Notes: generated from the sequence alone by a model not told the origin. Positions 1-18,113 are shown, counted from the stretch's first letter. The stretch is 64,000 nucleotides of DNA from Candidatus Saccharimonadia bacterium (GCA_025449535.1 JANWJF010000001.1:741136-805135), one strand, 5' to 3'. Made by a program: numbers and translations.

Positions 1-572
1 AGTACAAGGACAAGGAGAAGTTCGTCCTGACCGTGCCGTTGCTGGCGGACGCCAAGGGCGTGAAGATCGGCAAGACCGAAGGCAACGCGATCGCGATCGC
101 CGGCAAGCCCCAGGAGCTCTACGGACAGATCATGCACCTGCCGGACGAGGTCGTGATGCCGGCGTTCGAGTGGTGCACCAGCCAGCCGGCGGAGGCGACC
201 GACGAGCTCAAGCGGCTGGTCAAGGAGAATCCCCGGGACGCCAAGATGCGGCTGGCCAAGGCGATCGTCCTGGAGACCCAGGGCAAGGACGCGGCCGAGA
301 AGGCGGAACGGGCCTTCGTCCGGGTCTTCCAGAAGAAAGAGGCGCCGAAGAGTATCCCCGCCTGGCGCGCCGAAGCGCTGGCCGTCCCGCTTTGGAAGGT
401 ACTCAAGGAATCCGGCCTGGCCCGCAGCTCGTCCGAAGCGCACCGGTTGATCCAGCAGGGCGGGGTGCAGGTGAACGACATCGTACAGACGGACCCGAAC
501 GTCTCCGTGGTCGCCAGCGCCTACCCGGTGATCCGGGTCGGCAAGCGGCGCTTCCTCAAGGTGACGCGCTGA
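1..572 (+). CDS. tyrS: Tyrosyl-tRNA synthetase, C-terminal part (truncated by window edge)
   Basis: Frame is open from the window start; KIGKT (KMSKS-type) motif; C-terminal S4-like domain (SSSEAHRLIQQGGVQVN...RVGKRRF). Confidence 0.92.
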   Translation, partial: YKDKEKFVLTVPLLADAKGVKIGKTEGNAIAIAGKPQELYGQIMHLPDEVVMPAFEWCTSQPAEATDELKRLVKENPRDAKMRLAKAIVLETQGKDAAEKAERAFVRVFQKKEAPKSIPAWRAEALAVPLWKVLKESGLARSSSEAHRLIQQGGVQVNDIVQTDPNVSVVASAYPVIRVGKRRFLKVTR

Positions 573-603
573 CGGTCGGAGGGAGCGCAACTCCTTCGGC
601 CCC

Positions 604-2658
604 ATGCAAGAAACTCCAGACATCATCCAGCGGAAGATCGAGACGCTTCCCGGCGTCGGACCGGCGTACGGTAAACGCCTGCAGCGGATCGGGGTGCGGA
701 CGGTCGGTGACCTGCTGACCTATCTGCCGCGCCGATACGACGACTTGCGGGAGATCAAGACGCTCCCCGAGTTGCTGGAAAGCGGCTCGTTGCCGGCGAG
801 CGCCTCGGTGACGCTGCGGGCACCGGTGCAGTCGGCCAGCCTGCGCCGGCTCCGCGGCCGCCGGAGCATGGTGACCGCCACGCTCGGCGACCGGACGGCG
901 AACCTGAAGGCGGTCTGGTTTAACCAGCCGTACCTGGCGGAGTCGCTTCAAAAAGGGAAGGAGTACGTCTTCGTCGGCAAGTTGCGGACCGGCCGGTACG
1001 GTACCAACCTGCAGAGTCCGGCCGTCGAGCGCCGGAGCCTTACCGGGGACCAGACGCATTCCGGACGGCTGGTGGCCGTCTACCCCGAGACCGAGGGATT
1101 GAGCTCGCGCTGGATCCGGTACATGGTCCGGCCGCTTCTCCGGCACGCGGACTTGCTCCCCGAGACACTGCCGGAAGAGGTCCGCGCGCGGGCCGGCCTA
1201 TTGCCGCTGGCGGACGCGGTGCGGAGCATCCATTTCCCGGACGACGAGGAAGCGGCCGAGCGGGCGCGGTACCGGTTCGACTTCGAGCAGGTCTTCTATC
1301 GGCAACTGATCGCCCAGCGCCGCCGCCGGGACTGGCAGGCGGAGACGCGGGCCGTCCCGATCCCGACCGATGCCGTCGCCTTGGAACGCTTCCGGGAGGC
1401 GTTGCCCTGGTCACTGACGTCCGGCCAGGCCGCCGCGCTCGACGAGATCCTGGCGGACATGGGCCGCGACCGGCCGATGCTGCGGCTCCTGCAGGGGGAT
1501 GTCGGGTCCGGCAAGACAGCCGTGGCCGCGGCGGCGGCCCGCCAGGCCGACGCGGCGGGCCTGCAGACGGCCTTCATGGCCCCGACCGAGGTACTCGCCC
1601 GGCAACATGCGGATACCCTCCGGAGATGGTTCGATCCGCTCGGTTCGGAGGTCGTGCTGTTGGTGGGAGGACAGGCACCGGACCAACAGGACGAAGCCAA
1701 GCGGAGGATCACCGCCGGCGTGCCGATCGTCGTCGGGACGCACGCCCTGATCCAGGATGACGTGCGCTGGCGGCGACTCGGCCTGGCGGTAGTCGACGAG
1801 CAGCACCGGTTCGGCGTCGAGCAACGCGCCAAGCTCCGGAGCGACGAGACGCCGCATCTGCTCAGCATGACCGCCACGCCGATTCCCCGGACGCTGGCGT
1901 TGGTGGCGTACGGGGACCAGGACATCTCGGTGATCCCGGAGCGGCCGGCGGGTCGCCCGACGGTGACGACGAAGGTGGTGACGCCGGCCTCCCGGGACCG
2001 GGCGTTCGCCGCGGTCCGCAAGGAGCTGGAGGCGGGTCGGCAGGCGTTCGTGCTGTATCCGGTGATCGCCGACTCGAAGTCGGGACTGAAAGCGGCGGAA
2101 GAGGAGTTCGAGCGGCTGGCGACGACGGTCTTCGACGGCCACAAGGTCGCGTTGTTGCACGGCCGATTGCCGGTCGAGGACAAGGTCCGCACGATGGACG
2201 CGTTCGCCGCCGGGGAACTGGATGTCCTCGTCTCGACCTCGGTGGTAGAGGTCGGCGTGGACGTCCCGAACGCCACGGTGATGCTGATCGAGGAGGCGCA
2301 GCAGTTCGGGCTGGCGCAGCTGCATCAGCTGCGGGGCCGGGTCGGCCGGGGCGAGCACCGGTCGTACTGCTACCTATTGCCGGGGGACGGCGCCCGGACA
2401 GACAACGAGCGGCTCCGGGCGATGGAGCGGACGGACTCCGGGTTCGAACTGGCGGAGACGGACCTGGAGCTGCGCGGTCCCGGCGAGGTGCTCGGTACGG
2501 CGCAGTCGGGCTTCGCGGTGTCGCCGGCGGGCCTGTCGAACCCGCGGCTCCTGCAGGCGGCGCGGGGAGCCGCCCGCGACTTGCTGGAGCGTGACGCCCG
2601 GCTCGAGACCCTGCCGGTGCTGCGCGACAAGGTACTCGCGGCCGCCCGGCTGGCCTGA
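604..2658 (+). CDS. recG: ATP-dependent DNA helicase RecG
   Basis: Wedge/OB domain, LLQGDVGSGKT, DEQH box, TATPIPRT, QLHQLRGRVGRG, DLELRGPGE. Confidence 0.97.
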   Translation: MQETPDIIQRKIETLPGVGPAYGKRLQRIGVRTVGDLLTYLPRRYDDLREIKTLPELLESGSLPASASVTLRAPVQSASLRRLRGRRSMVTATLGDRTANLKAVWFNQPYLAESLQKGKEYVFVGKLRTGRYGTNLQSPAVERRSLTGDQTHSGRLVAVYPETEGLSSRWIRYMVRPLLRHADLLPETLPEEVRARAGLLPLADAVRSIHFPDDEEAAERARYRFDFEQVFYRQLIAQRRRRDWQAETRAVPIPTDAVALERFREALPWSLTSGQAAALDEILADMGRDRPMLRLLQGDVGSGKTAVAAAAARQADAAGLQTAFMAPTEVLARQHADTLRRWFDPLGSEVVLLVGGQAPDQQDEAKRRITAGVPIVVGTHALIQDDVRWRRLGLAVVDEQHRFGVEQRAKLRSDETPHLLSMTATPIPRTLALVAYGDQDISVIPERPAGRPTVTTKVVTPASRDRAFAAVRKELEAGRQAFVLYPVIADSKSGLKAAEEEFERLATTVFDGHKVALLHGRLPVEDKVRTMDAFAAGELDVLVSTSVVEVGVDVPNATVMLIEEAQQFGLAQLHQLRGRVGRGEHRSYCYLLPGDGARTDNERLRAMERTDSGFELAETDLELRGPGEVLGTAQSGFAVSPAGLSNPRLLQAARGAARDLLERDARLETLPVLRDKVLAAARLA

Positions 2659-2713
2659 CTTGATAAGCAAGCTTCCATTTGGTATGGTTGCTAGCAAGCA
2701 ACCGACCTTATTC

Positions 2714-3322
2714 ATGGAACGCCTGACTGAATTATGGAATCGTTTCCGGATGCCGACGGTCGTCGTCGCCATCCTGGCGGCCACGGCGGCCGGAGTCCTC
2801 GCCACGCGGGCACAAGGAGAACCGCTGCTGCTCGATCCGGTCTCGCCGTCACCATCCCCCGGCCCCAGCGTGCCGGCCACGATCGTGGTGGACATCGAGG
2901 GGGCTGTCGCGAAGCCCGGAGTCCGGGAGTTGCCCGGCGGTAGCCTGGTGGCGGACGCGGTAAAGGCGGCCGGCGGATTCACACAGGATGCGGACCGGGC
3001 CTGGGTGGCCAAGGAGCTGAACCAGGCCGAGGAACTCAAGGACCATCAGAAGGTCTACGTACCGCTGCTTGGAGAGATGACTATGGAACCCGTCGGAAGT
3101 TCCTCCGCCGGTTCGGAGGAAGAATCCGACGGCTTGGTGGACCTCAACACGGCCGACATCGAGGAACTGGATACGCTGCCCGGCGTCGGCGAGGCGACCG
3201 CCGAGAAGATCATCGACTACCGGGAGGCGTTCGGACCGTTCGGCAGCGTGGACGACTTGTTGGAGGTCTCCGGCATCGGGGAGGCCAAGCTGGAGAAACT
3301 GCGGGACAAGGTCACCGTATGA
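2714..3322 (+). CDS. comEA: Competence DNA-binding protein ComEA
   Basis: N-terminal TM, SLBB (VDIEGAVAKPGV), HhH pair (LNTA..LDTLPGVGEATAEKII; VSGIGEAK); start moved to ATG 2714. Confidence 0.9.
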   Translation: MERLTELWNRFRMPTVVVAILAATAAGVLATRAQGEPLLLDPVSPSPSPGPSVPATIVVDIEGAVAKPGVRELPGGSLVADAVKAAGGFTQDADRAWVAKELNQAEELKDHQKVYVPLLGEMTMEPVGSSSAGSEEESDGLVDLNTADIEELDTLPGVGEATAEKIIDYREAFGPFGSVDDLLEVSGIGEAKLEKLRDKVTV

Positions 3323-3455
3323 CGTCGCTCCGGCTGCTGCGGCTGAGGTTGGCGCTCCGATCCTTGCGATGGCTGACCAAGGCGCTCCGGTCCGGCGCGT
3401 GCTGGATGCAGCGGGAAGCGGCGCAACTCGATCTGGAGCGGTAGAATCAAGACAT

Positions 3456-3543
3456 GCCGGGGTGGCGGAACTAGGCAGACGCGCCGGGTTTAGGACCCGG
3501 TGGGGTAACACCCGTGAAGGTTCGATTCCTTTCCCCGGCACCA
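3456..3543 (+). tRNA. tRNA-Leu (anticodon TAG)
   Basis: GCCGGGG/CCCCGGC-type acceptor stem, CCGGG-TT-TAG-GA-CCCGG anticodon arm, long variable arm, GTTCGATTC, encoded CCA; TAGAAT -10 at 3442. Confidence 0.96.
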
Positions 3544-3588
3544 AGCGGGGTGCGCTGGACCCGAATCGCCCATATACTGGGACGACGT

Positions 3589-4872
3589 ATGCAGGTGGAA
3601 GTAAAGAAACTGCCGAAGAGCGAGGTCTCGCTGAAGATCTCGATCAGCCCCGAGGAGATGAAGGGCTACTTCGACCAAGCCGTGAAGAAGCTCGCGAAAC
3701 AGGCGAACCTGCCGGGATTCCGGAAGGGCAAGGCGCCGCGCTCGGTGCTCGAGGCCCGGACCGGTCCGCACTACATCGCCCACGAGGCGATGGAGCTGGC
3801 GGTCGCCGAGAGCTACTACAAGGCGGTGGTCGAGCACGACCTCAAGCCGATGGGGCGCCCGAAGACCGACCTCCAGGACAAGCACGATGACCTGGAGAAA
3901 GACGGTCTGTCCTTCACGGCCACGGTCGCGGTGCTCCCGCCGGTCACGCTCGGCGACTACAAGAAGATTTCCGTGAAGCCGAAGCCGTCCGAGTACTCGG
4001 ACAAGCTGGTGGACGACGCCCTGGAGCAGCTCCGCAAGGGGCGCGCCGGCTTCGCCCAGGTCACCCGGGCCGCCAAGGAGGGGGATCGCGTGGAGATCGA
4101 CTTCGTCGGCAAGCAAGGCGGCAAGGAAGTCTCCGGGGCCAAGAGCGAGAACCACCCGCTGGTGCTCGGTCAGGGCGGTTTCATCCCCGGCTTCGAGGAA
4201 GAGCTGATCGGCATGAAGGCCGGTGGCGTGAAGACCTTCAAGGTCACGTTCCCCAAGGATTATCACGAGAAATCTCTTGCCGGGAAGCCGGTCGAGTTCA
4301 CGGTGACGATGCGGCAGGTCCAAGAGACGCAGTTGCCGGAACTCGGCGACGGGTTCGCCGAGGGGTTCGGTGCGAAGTCGCTGGCGGATCTGCGCAAGCG
4401 ACTGGCGGAGAACCTCAAGCAGGAAAAGGAACAGGAAGCCCGGCAGCGCACCGAGCAGGAGGTCATCGACAAGGTCGCGGCCCAGGCGAAGGTGGAGGTA
4501 CCGGACGCGCTGGTCGACGAGGAGCTGACCCGGATGTTCGGCGAGTTCCGACAGCACGTGGAGCGCCAAGGAATCCCGTTCGACAAGTACCTCGAACAGT
4601 CCGGCAAGACCGAGGATGACTTCCGGAAGGACCAGCGCGGCGAGGCCGAACGGCGGGTGAAGCTCAGCCTGGTGCTCAACGCGATACAGGCGCAGGAAAA
4701 GGTCACGGTCTCCGACCAGCGGGTCAAGGAAGAGGTCGCGGCTCAGTTGGCGACCGCGCCGGACGACCAGGTCAAGGAACAGATCAAGGGTGACGAGTTC
4801 GCGGCGTACGTGAAGCGGATCCTGGGGAACCGCGAAGCGGTCGCGAAGCTGGTGAAGTACGCGACCGGATAG
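3589..4872 (+). CDS. tig: Trigger factor
   Basis: GFRKGKAP ribosome-binding motif, FKBP domain (FIPGFEEELIG, VTFPKDYH); start at ATG 3589 downstream of the tRNA. Confidence 0.96.
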   Translation: MQVEVKKLPKSEVSLKISISPEEMKGYFDQAVKKLAKQANLPGFRKGKAPRSVLEARTGPHYIAHEAMELAVAESYYKAVVEHDLKPMGRPKTDLQDKHDDLEKDGLSFTATVAVLPPVTLGDYKKISVKPKPSEYSDKLVDDALEQLRKGRAGFAQVTRAAKEGDRVEIDFVGKQGGKEVSGAKSENHPLVLGQGGFIPGFEEELIGMKAGGVKTFKVTFPKDYHEKSLAGKPVEFTVTMRQVQETQLPELGDGFAEGFGAKSLADLRKRLAENLKQEKEQEARQRTEQEVIDKVAAQAKVEVPDALVDEELTRMFGEFRQHVERQGIPFDKYLEQSGKTEDDFRKDQRGEAERRVKLSLVLNAIQAQEKVTVSDQRVKEEVAAQLATAPDDQVKEQIKGDEFAAYVKRILGNREAVAKLVKYATG

Positions 4873-4873
4873 C

Positions 4874-6256
4874 ATGGACGAACGGCGGCCAGCCCGGCCA
4901 GCGGGGGAAACGCCCGGCCCGGAGCGGGACGAGGAGTCGCGTAAGCGCCGGAAGCGTCGCAAGGAGGAACGGGAAGCCGCGGCTGCAGAGGAAGAACGCG
5001 CCGAGGAAACCGACGTCGAGGAGAAACCGGAAGCGCCCGAAGAAGGGCCGGACGTCGAGGTGGAGCCGCCGAGCGAGGCCGAGGTCCGCAAGGTCGCCGC
5101 GGAGGCGGCGTTCCGGAGGCGCGTCGAGTTGGCGGAGCTGCGGGACGCGATCGGGGAAGACGCCTACGCGGAACTGCGCGAGGAACACGGTCCCGGTCTG
5201 AGTTGGTACCTGGAGGAAGGGCCGGTGCTGCTCCGGTCGGTAGTCGCGGAAACCGAGCCGGAGGCCGGCCTGGTCAGGCGGATCCGCCTGAAGTTCGACG
5301 TGGCCCGGGAGACGAATCCGGTCCCGCCGCCGCGGATGATCGCCGCGGTGAGGGAAGCGTTCCGGGAGCCTGTCCCCGCGAAGAACCTGGTCGTACAGGC
5401 CGAGGCCGTGGCGGCGGACTTTCCCCGAGAGGAGACCGCCGAACTGACGGTGGAGACGGAAGACCACGGACCCGTGTTAGTCGTAATCGAGTGCGGCGAG
5501 GTGACGGTGCATGAGTCCGAGGACCCGGACTCGCCGGTGATCGGGAAGCGCGTCGTGCCGGCCGGACCGGACTCTGCGCCGCCGGCGGAAACGGCCCCGC
5601 CGACCGTCCGGGACGTCGAAGCGATCGTCGCGGAGAGCGCCGCCGACCCGGAGCCGCCCCTACCTGAATCGTCTTTCGCCGTTACCCTGGAAGCCGTCGA
5701 ACGGGCCTGGATCGAACGCCGGTTGCCGCCGATCTCCGGAGGAGCCCCCGAGCCGGGGGAACTACCTCTGGACGTCACGGTCCGCCCCGAGTCCCGCCGC
5801 GAAGAACCGGTCATCGAGGAGGAGCCTAGGGAACCGCGGGAAGAACGTCCGGAACGTCCGCCCGTGCCTCCTGTTCCCGAGGACGCCGACCAGGAGCAAG
5901 GTCCGTCCCCGTCGCCGCGCGAACGTCGGCCGGGAGCCTCGCAGAGCTCCCGCCCGCGTCGTCCCCGGATACGGTTCCCGGAACTTCCGGAGATACCCTT
6001 GCCCGAGGGCCTGCCACCGCTCCCTGACGCGGAGACCCGGCGCAAGGCCAAACGGATGCTCCGGAAGTTGGCGTCCCGGTTCGGACTTCGGCTGACCCCC
6101 GACCTGGAGGGCTACCTGATGCAGATCGTCTTCCGGCTCCGGTACGTGGACGGCCGGCTCCGGCGCGGGATCGGCGTGAACATCGACGTGCTGACCCGGA
6201 TCATGGAAGCGCTGCGGGAGCACTACCCGCTATACTCCCCGAAGCGACCTTCCTAA
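4874..6256 (+). CDS. Hypothetical Glu/Pro/Arg-rich, largely disordered protein
   Basis: 460-aa ORF starting 1 nt after the tig stop; low-complexity composition; no family recognised. Confidence 0.7.
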   Translation: MDERRPARPAGETPGPERDEESRKRRKRRKEEREAAAAEEERAEETDVEEKPEAPEEGPDVEVEPPSEAEVRKVAAEAAFRRRVELAELRDAIGEDAYAELREEHGPGLSWYLEEGPVLLRSVVAETEPEAGLVRRIRLKFDVARETNPVPPPRMIAAVREAFREPVPAKNLVVQAEAVAADFPREETAELTVETEDHGPVLVVIECGEVTVHESEDPDSPVIGKRVVPAGPDSAPPAETAPPTVRDVEAIVAESAADPEPPLPESSFAVTLEAVERAWIERRLPPISGGAPEPGELPLDVTVRPESRREEPVIEEEPREPREERPERPPVPPVPEDADQEQGPSPSPRERRPGASQSSRPRRPRIRFPELPEIPLPEGLPPLPDAETRRKAKRMLRKLASRFGLRLTPDLEGYLMQIVFRLRYVDGRLRRGIGVNIDVLTRIMEALREHYPLYSPKRPS

Positions 6257-6291
6257 CTTCCCGGAACGGGATAATGCGGTAAGCTGGGGCC

Positions 6292-6927
6292 ATGGCGAAT
6301 CAACCCAACACCCAACCAGACATTAGCGACCAGATGCTCATTCCGACCGTACTGGAGAAGTCCCAGTTCGGCGAGCGGGCGTACGACATCTTTTCCCGAC
6401 TGCTCAAGGAACGGATCATCTTCATCGGCACGCCGATCGACGACCAGGTCGCGAACCTGATCATGGCGCAGTTGCTCCACCTGGAGAGCGAGAACCCGGA
6501 CCAGGACATCAAGCTGTACATCAACAGCCCGGGCGGCGGGGTCTCGGCCGGTCTGGCGATCTACGACACGATGCAGTTCGTGAAGCCGGACGTGCAGACG
6601 ATCTGCATGGGCATGGCAGCCTCGATGGGCGCGGTCCTGCTGGCCGGCGGCGCCGAAAAGAAGCGATTCATCCTGCCGCACTCCCGGGTAATGATCCACC
6701 AGGTGTTGGTCTCCGGACTCGGTGGACAGGCGACGGACATCGAGATCCACGCCAAGGAGATTCTCAAGATGCGGGACATCCTCAACGACATCCTCGCCAA
6801 GCACACCGGCCAGGACCTCAAGACCATCTCCAAGGATACCGACCGTGACTACTTCATGTCGCCGGACGAAGCCAAGAAGTACGGCCTGGTCGATCAGATC
6901 ATCACGCCCGCCAAGAAAAAGAAGTAA
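6292..6927 (+). CDS. clpP: ATP-dependent Clp protease proteolytic subunit
   Basis: [27 protein letters not shown] (catalytic Ser), MIHQ, GQATDI. Confidence 0.97.
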   Translation: MANQPNTQPDISDQMLIPTVLEKSQFGERAYDIFSRLLKERIIFIGTPIDDQVANLIMAQLLHLESENPDQDIKLYINSPGGGVSAGLAIYDTMQFVKPDVQTICMGMAASMGAVLLAGGAEKKRFILPHSRVMIHQVLVSGLGGQATDIEIHAKEILKMRDILNDILAKHTGQDLKTISKDTDRDYFMSPDEAKKYGLVDQIITPAKKKK

Positions 6928-6938
6928 GCGGCACCCCG

Positions 6939-8216
6939 ATGTTGAGGCAGTTCTTGAGACTCGTCCGCGAGCTCGAGCCGAACCGTCATTTTCTCAAGCT
7001 CTGGTTGTCCCAGGCGCTGTCGCTGACGGCGTTCAACATGGTCAACTTCACCCTACTGATCCGGGTCTTCGAGTTGACCGGTTCGGCGACGATGGTCAGT
7101 CTCTTCGTCCTGAGCTTCGGGCTGCCGAGCCTACTCTTCGGAGCGGTAGCGGGAGTGTTCGCGGACCGTTGGCACCGCCGGAGCGTGTTGATCGTCACCA
7201 ACGTCCTGCGCGCCGGCCTGGTGCTGCTCTACCTGACGGACCTGTCCAGCGTGCCCGTCCTGCTGGCGGTGACGTTCGCCGTCTCGACGGTGACCCAGTT
7301 CTTCACGCCGGCGGAAGGGGCGGCGATTCCCGAGCTGGTCGAGCCGAAGCGGCTGGTGGCCGCCAACGCCGTCTTTATCGTGACGATGTTCGCGAGCTTC
7401 GTGGTCGGGTACGGCTTGGCCGGACCCGTCGCGCAGATCGGCGGGGACTCGCTGCCGATCGCGGTCGCCGCCGGCAGCTTCTCGATCGCCGCGCTGGCGT
7501 GCGCGATGCTGCCGCCGCTCCATCAACGGATGCGCAAGGTCGCCCTGCGGGACGCGTACCGGAGCGTGCTGCGCGACCTCAAGGCCGGCCTGGCCGTCAT
7601 CCGTAAGACGCCGCTGGTCCGGTACGGCTTGCTTCAGATGACCGCCGTCTGGACCGTGATCGGCGTGGTGATGGTGCTGCTTCCGGCGTACGTCGGCGAG
7701 GTGCTGGGGGCCAACCTCCGCGAGGTCAGCCGGATCGTGATCCTGCCGGTGGGTGTCGGGATGCTGGCCGGTGGCGTCGCGCTGCATAGGGCCCGTCGGC
7801 AGTTCCCGGTCCGGGCCGTGGTCACCGGCGCGCTGCTGACCGCCGGGGCAATGGTCGCCTTGCTCGGACAGGTCGAGCCCGCGGCCGCGGCGCTGGCGCG
7901 GGCCACCGACGGAAACGCCGCCGCGTTACGGGAGGGGATCACCAGCGCGTCCGCGACAGTGCTGGGGCTCTCCATCTCCATGGTGATGATCGCTTCCCAG
8001 ACCCTGATCCACGAACAGACGGAGCGGGCGATGCGGGGCAGGGTCTTCGGCTTCCTGGGGATGAGCGTCAACGCGGCGAACACCGTGCCCGTCCTATTGG
8101 CGGGCGCCTTGGTCGACTTTTATGCGGTCACGTCGGTAGTGACCGCGCTAGGCGTATTACTGCTGTTCTGGGCCGTGGTTTCTCTGCCGGCCGGACGAGC
8201 CGCCGGGCGCGCTTGA
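6939..8216 (+). CDS. MFS transporter
   Basis: About 12 hydrophobic segments; MFS motif A (GVFADRWHRRSVL); RGRVFG in the C-terminal half. Confidence 0.88.
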   Translation: MLRQFLRLVRELEPNRHFLKLWLSQALSLTAFNMVNFTLLIRVFELTGSATMVSLFVLSFGLPSLLFGAVAGVFADRWHRRSVLIVTNVLRAGLVLLYLTDLSSVPVLLAVTFAVSTVTQFFTPAEGAAIPELVEPKRLVAANAVFIVTMFASFVVGYGLAGPVAQIGGDSLPIAVAAGSFSIAALACAMLPPLHQRMRKVALRDAYRSVLRDLKAGLAVIRKTPLVRYGLLQMTAVWTVIGVVMVLLPAYVGEVLGANLREVSRIVILPVGVGMLAGGVALHRARRQFPVRAVVTGALLTAGAMVALLGQVEPAAAALARATDGNAAALREGITSASATVLGLSISMVMIASQTLIHEQTERAMRGRVFGFLGMSVNAANTVPVLLAGALVDFYAVTSVVTALGVLLLFWAVVSLPAGRAAGRA

Positions 8217-8241
8217 CGCGCCCTCGGACGATTACTACACT
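8213..8241 (+). promoter_or_regulatory. Sigma70-type promoter of rpoBC
   Basis: TTGACG-17 nt-TACACT. Confidence 0.75.
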
Positions 8242-8375
8242 AATTACGAATGGTTTTGGCGCCCTTTTGTTCTTGAATACAGGAGCGTCATCGCGAACGT
8301 GTGTTCGTGGTGGCGTCTGTTTTTGTATGCACAGGCGCCAGGCATCATCCACTAATTATCGGAGGGAGCGTTTCG

Positions 8376-15775
<7,400 letters not shown>

Positions 15776-15796
15776 ATCCCGTATACTATATTCCTG

Positions 15797-16276
15797 ATGC
15801 CTACTATCAACCAACTCGTCCGCAAAGGCCGCAAGACCGGCGTCAAGAAGAGCAAGTCCCCGGCGCTCCAGCGCACCTTCAACGTACTGAAGAACCGCGG
15901 GGTCGACCTGCCGAAGGGCTCACCGCTGAAGCGCGGCGTGGCCGTGAAGGTCTCGACCCAGACTCCGAAGAAGCCGAACTCGGCGCTCCGGAAGATCGCC
16001 CGCGTGCGGCTCACCAACAACATGGAAGTGACGGCATACATCCCGGGCGAGGGGCATAACCTCCAGGAGCACTCCGTGGTGATGATCCGCGGCGGTCGGG
16101 TGAAGGACTTGCCGGGCGTCCGGTACCACGTGGTCCGGGGCCTGCTCGACACCGAAGGTGTGAAGGACCGCAAGCAGAGCCGCAGCAAGTACGGCGCCAA
16201 GCGGCCGTCCGGCGGCGGCGCGTCCGCGCCGGCTGACAAGCCGGCCGACGATGCCAAGGAGGGCGGCGATGCGTAA
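15797..16276 (+). CDS. rpsL: 30S ribosomal protein S12
   Basis: [32 protein letters not shown]. Confidence 0.98.
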   Translation: MPTINQLVRKGRKTGVKKSKSPALQRTFNVLKNRGVDLPKGSPLKRGVAVKVSTQTPKKPNSALRKIARVRLTNNMEVTAYIPGEGHNLQEHSVVMIRGGRVKDLPGVRYHVVRGLLDTEGVKDRKQSRSKYGAKRPSGGGASAPADKPADDAKEGGDA

Positions 16277-16739
16277 AAGCCGCGCCGTCGTCCGCGAACC
16301 GCAGCCCGACGTCCGCCATGGCAGCAAGCTGCTCTCGCGGTTCATCGGGAAGCTGATGCTGGACGGCAAGCGCACGACCGCCGAGAAGATCGTCTACGAC
16401 GCGTTGGACATGGTGAAGGAGCAGACCAAGCGCGAGCCGCTGGAGGTCTTCGAGGAGGCGATCAAGAACGTCTCCCCGGCGATCGAGGTCCGGGCCCGCC
16501 GGGTCGGCGGATCCACCTATCAGATCCCGACCGAAGTCCGCCCGCGCCGGAAGACCCAGTTGGCGATCCGCTGGCTGGTCGATGCCGCCCGTGCCAAGCA
16601 GGGCAGCGCCATGAGCAAGCGTCTGGCGGAGGAACTGGTCGCCGCGACCAAGTCCGAGGGCACCGCCTACAAGAAGAAGGAAGACATGCTCAAGATGGCG
16701 GAAGCCAACCGCGCATTCGCGCACTATGCGCGATACTAG
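16269..16739 (+). CDS. rpsG: 30S ribosomal protein S7
   Basis: [22 protein letters not shown]; ATG 16269. Confidence 0.97.
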   Translation: MRKSRAVVREPQPDVRHGSKLLSRFIGKLMLDGKRTTAEKIVYDALDMVKEQTKREPLEVFEEAIKNVSPAIEVRARRVGGSTYQIPTEVRPRRKTQLAIRWLVDAARAKQGSAMSKRLAEELVAATKSEGTAYKKKEDMLKMAEANRAFAHYARY

Positions 16740-16849
16740 GAATTATCCGCGGTACGCACGACACTAGGACGACTCATATGGCCTGACTCCGCAAGCCGTT
16801 ATGGCCTTTTATTGCATTTTCGACGGCAGTGCTACTATCATGCTTGGTT

Positions 16850-17602
16850 ATGGAAGAAATAGACGTACGATTCTCACGTCCCGAACGCTGGTCCAAAGAA
16901 AGCGAGCCTCACGCGTTCGAGCGGTTCGCGCAGACGGTCTCGGGCATCCGGGCGATGCTCGAGGGGGAGTCGTATGCGGAAGCCCAAGTCCGTTCCGCGG
17001 CGCTGTTGGTTGATACCGACGAACTCTGGGAGAAGGGCTCGCTCGGCCGTCGAGACTACGAGGTCCGGGTCGGGGTAGGTGAGATCTACCGCGTCATCAG
17101 CGGCCTGAAGCTAGGCCGGGGCGGACAGCTGGAGGAGCTTACGGAAGCGATGCGCAGCGTCACCGAGCCGTTGGCTGAGGAGCGGGGTGGGCGGTCGTTC
17201 TGGTGGACCGTCGTCAAGAACCCCGACGATTCGGCACGCGAGGTCGAAGGAGCCATGGCTGCCGTGGATGCGCGTAATGCGGTCACGACATTCTGGCCGT
17301 CGGATGGTAAGTCGGAACAGTTGCAACAGTTCCTGGACGGCCGGAACCTGATCCGCCACGTCGAGCTGGTCCGGGAGCTTTCCGGGACGCATCCGGTATC
17401 CGAAGTCACGCAGCTGTTCCTGCTCCGCCAGCTGAACGAACTGCGGCTGACCGTAGCGGACGACGCGTTGGACCTCGGCATGCACCCGGACGCGTACGAG
17501 ATCCTGATCAAGGTCGACCTGGACGACCTGCACGGCAACCGTCAGTCCTGGTTCATGAAGCTGCTCGACCGGATGCACGAACAGAGTGAGAAGCCGGACT
17601 GA
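16850..17602 (+). CDS. Hypothetical protein
   Basis: 250-aa ORF; TTGCAT...TATCAT promoter 8 nt before ATG 16850. Confidence 0.65.
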   Translation: MEEIDVRFSRPERWSKESEPHAFERFAQTVSGIRAMLEGESYAEAQVRSAALLVDTDELWEKGSLGRRDYEVRVGVGEIYRVISGLKLGRGGQLEELTEAMRSVTEPLAEERGGRSFWWTVVKNPDDSAREVEGAMAAVDARNAVTTFWPSDGKSEQLQQFLDGRNLIRHVELVRELSGTHPVSEVTQLFLLRQLNELRLTVADDALDLGMHPDAYEILIKVDLDDLHGNRQSWFMKLLDRMHEQSEKPD

Positions 17603-17603
17603 A

Positions 17604-18113
17604 TCAGTCCTGGAGACCCAGGCGTCGTTCGTATTGCTCCACGCGAAGACGGTATGCGTCCGTCTCGTCTGCGAGCGCGTCCGGATCGCCAGCGCCGTGT
17701 TCGACTCGAATCCGTCCGACATCGTGCAGAATCACCTTTCGTGACAGTAGCCCATTCGGCTCGAGTACGTCCAGCAGGCATAACCCGACGCCACGCTGGA
17801 TGCCCCCGAAGTATTCGAGGCCTTCCCGGAATCCGGTTGTCGGCCCGCTCGGTCCGGCCCGCAGGACCGTACCGTCCGGCAGGTTGATCGGTTGCCGACC
17901 GGAGTTGTTGAAACGGACCCCGCTACGCTCCAGGCGCAGCGTGACGTTCGGCTTGTAACCAGGTCCGTGGTGGATATCCATCACGACCAGACTCAGTTCG
18001 CCAGCCGACTCGAGGTCAGCGCTCAGTGCCTCTAGCACGATTCGGTCCCCAGGTTGGACGTTCGCCCACTTGAGGAGACGTTCCGTCGGCTCGTGTTCGG
18101 CTCGGTCGGGCAT
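17604..18113 (-). CDS. Hypothetical protein
   Basis: 169-aa ORF converging on the previous gene with no overlap; TATGAT -10 8 nt upstream of the ATG. Confidence 0.65.
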   Translation of the reverse strand: MPDRAEHEPTERLLKWANVQPGDRIVLEALSADLESAGELSLVVMDIHHGPGYKPNVTLRLERSGVRFNNSGRQPINLPDGTVLRAGPSGPTTGFREGLEYFGGIQRGVGLCLLDVLEPNGLLSRKVILHDVGRIRVEHGAGDPDALADETDAYRLRVEQYERRLGLQD

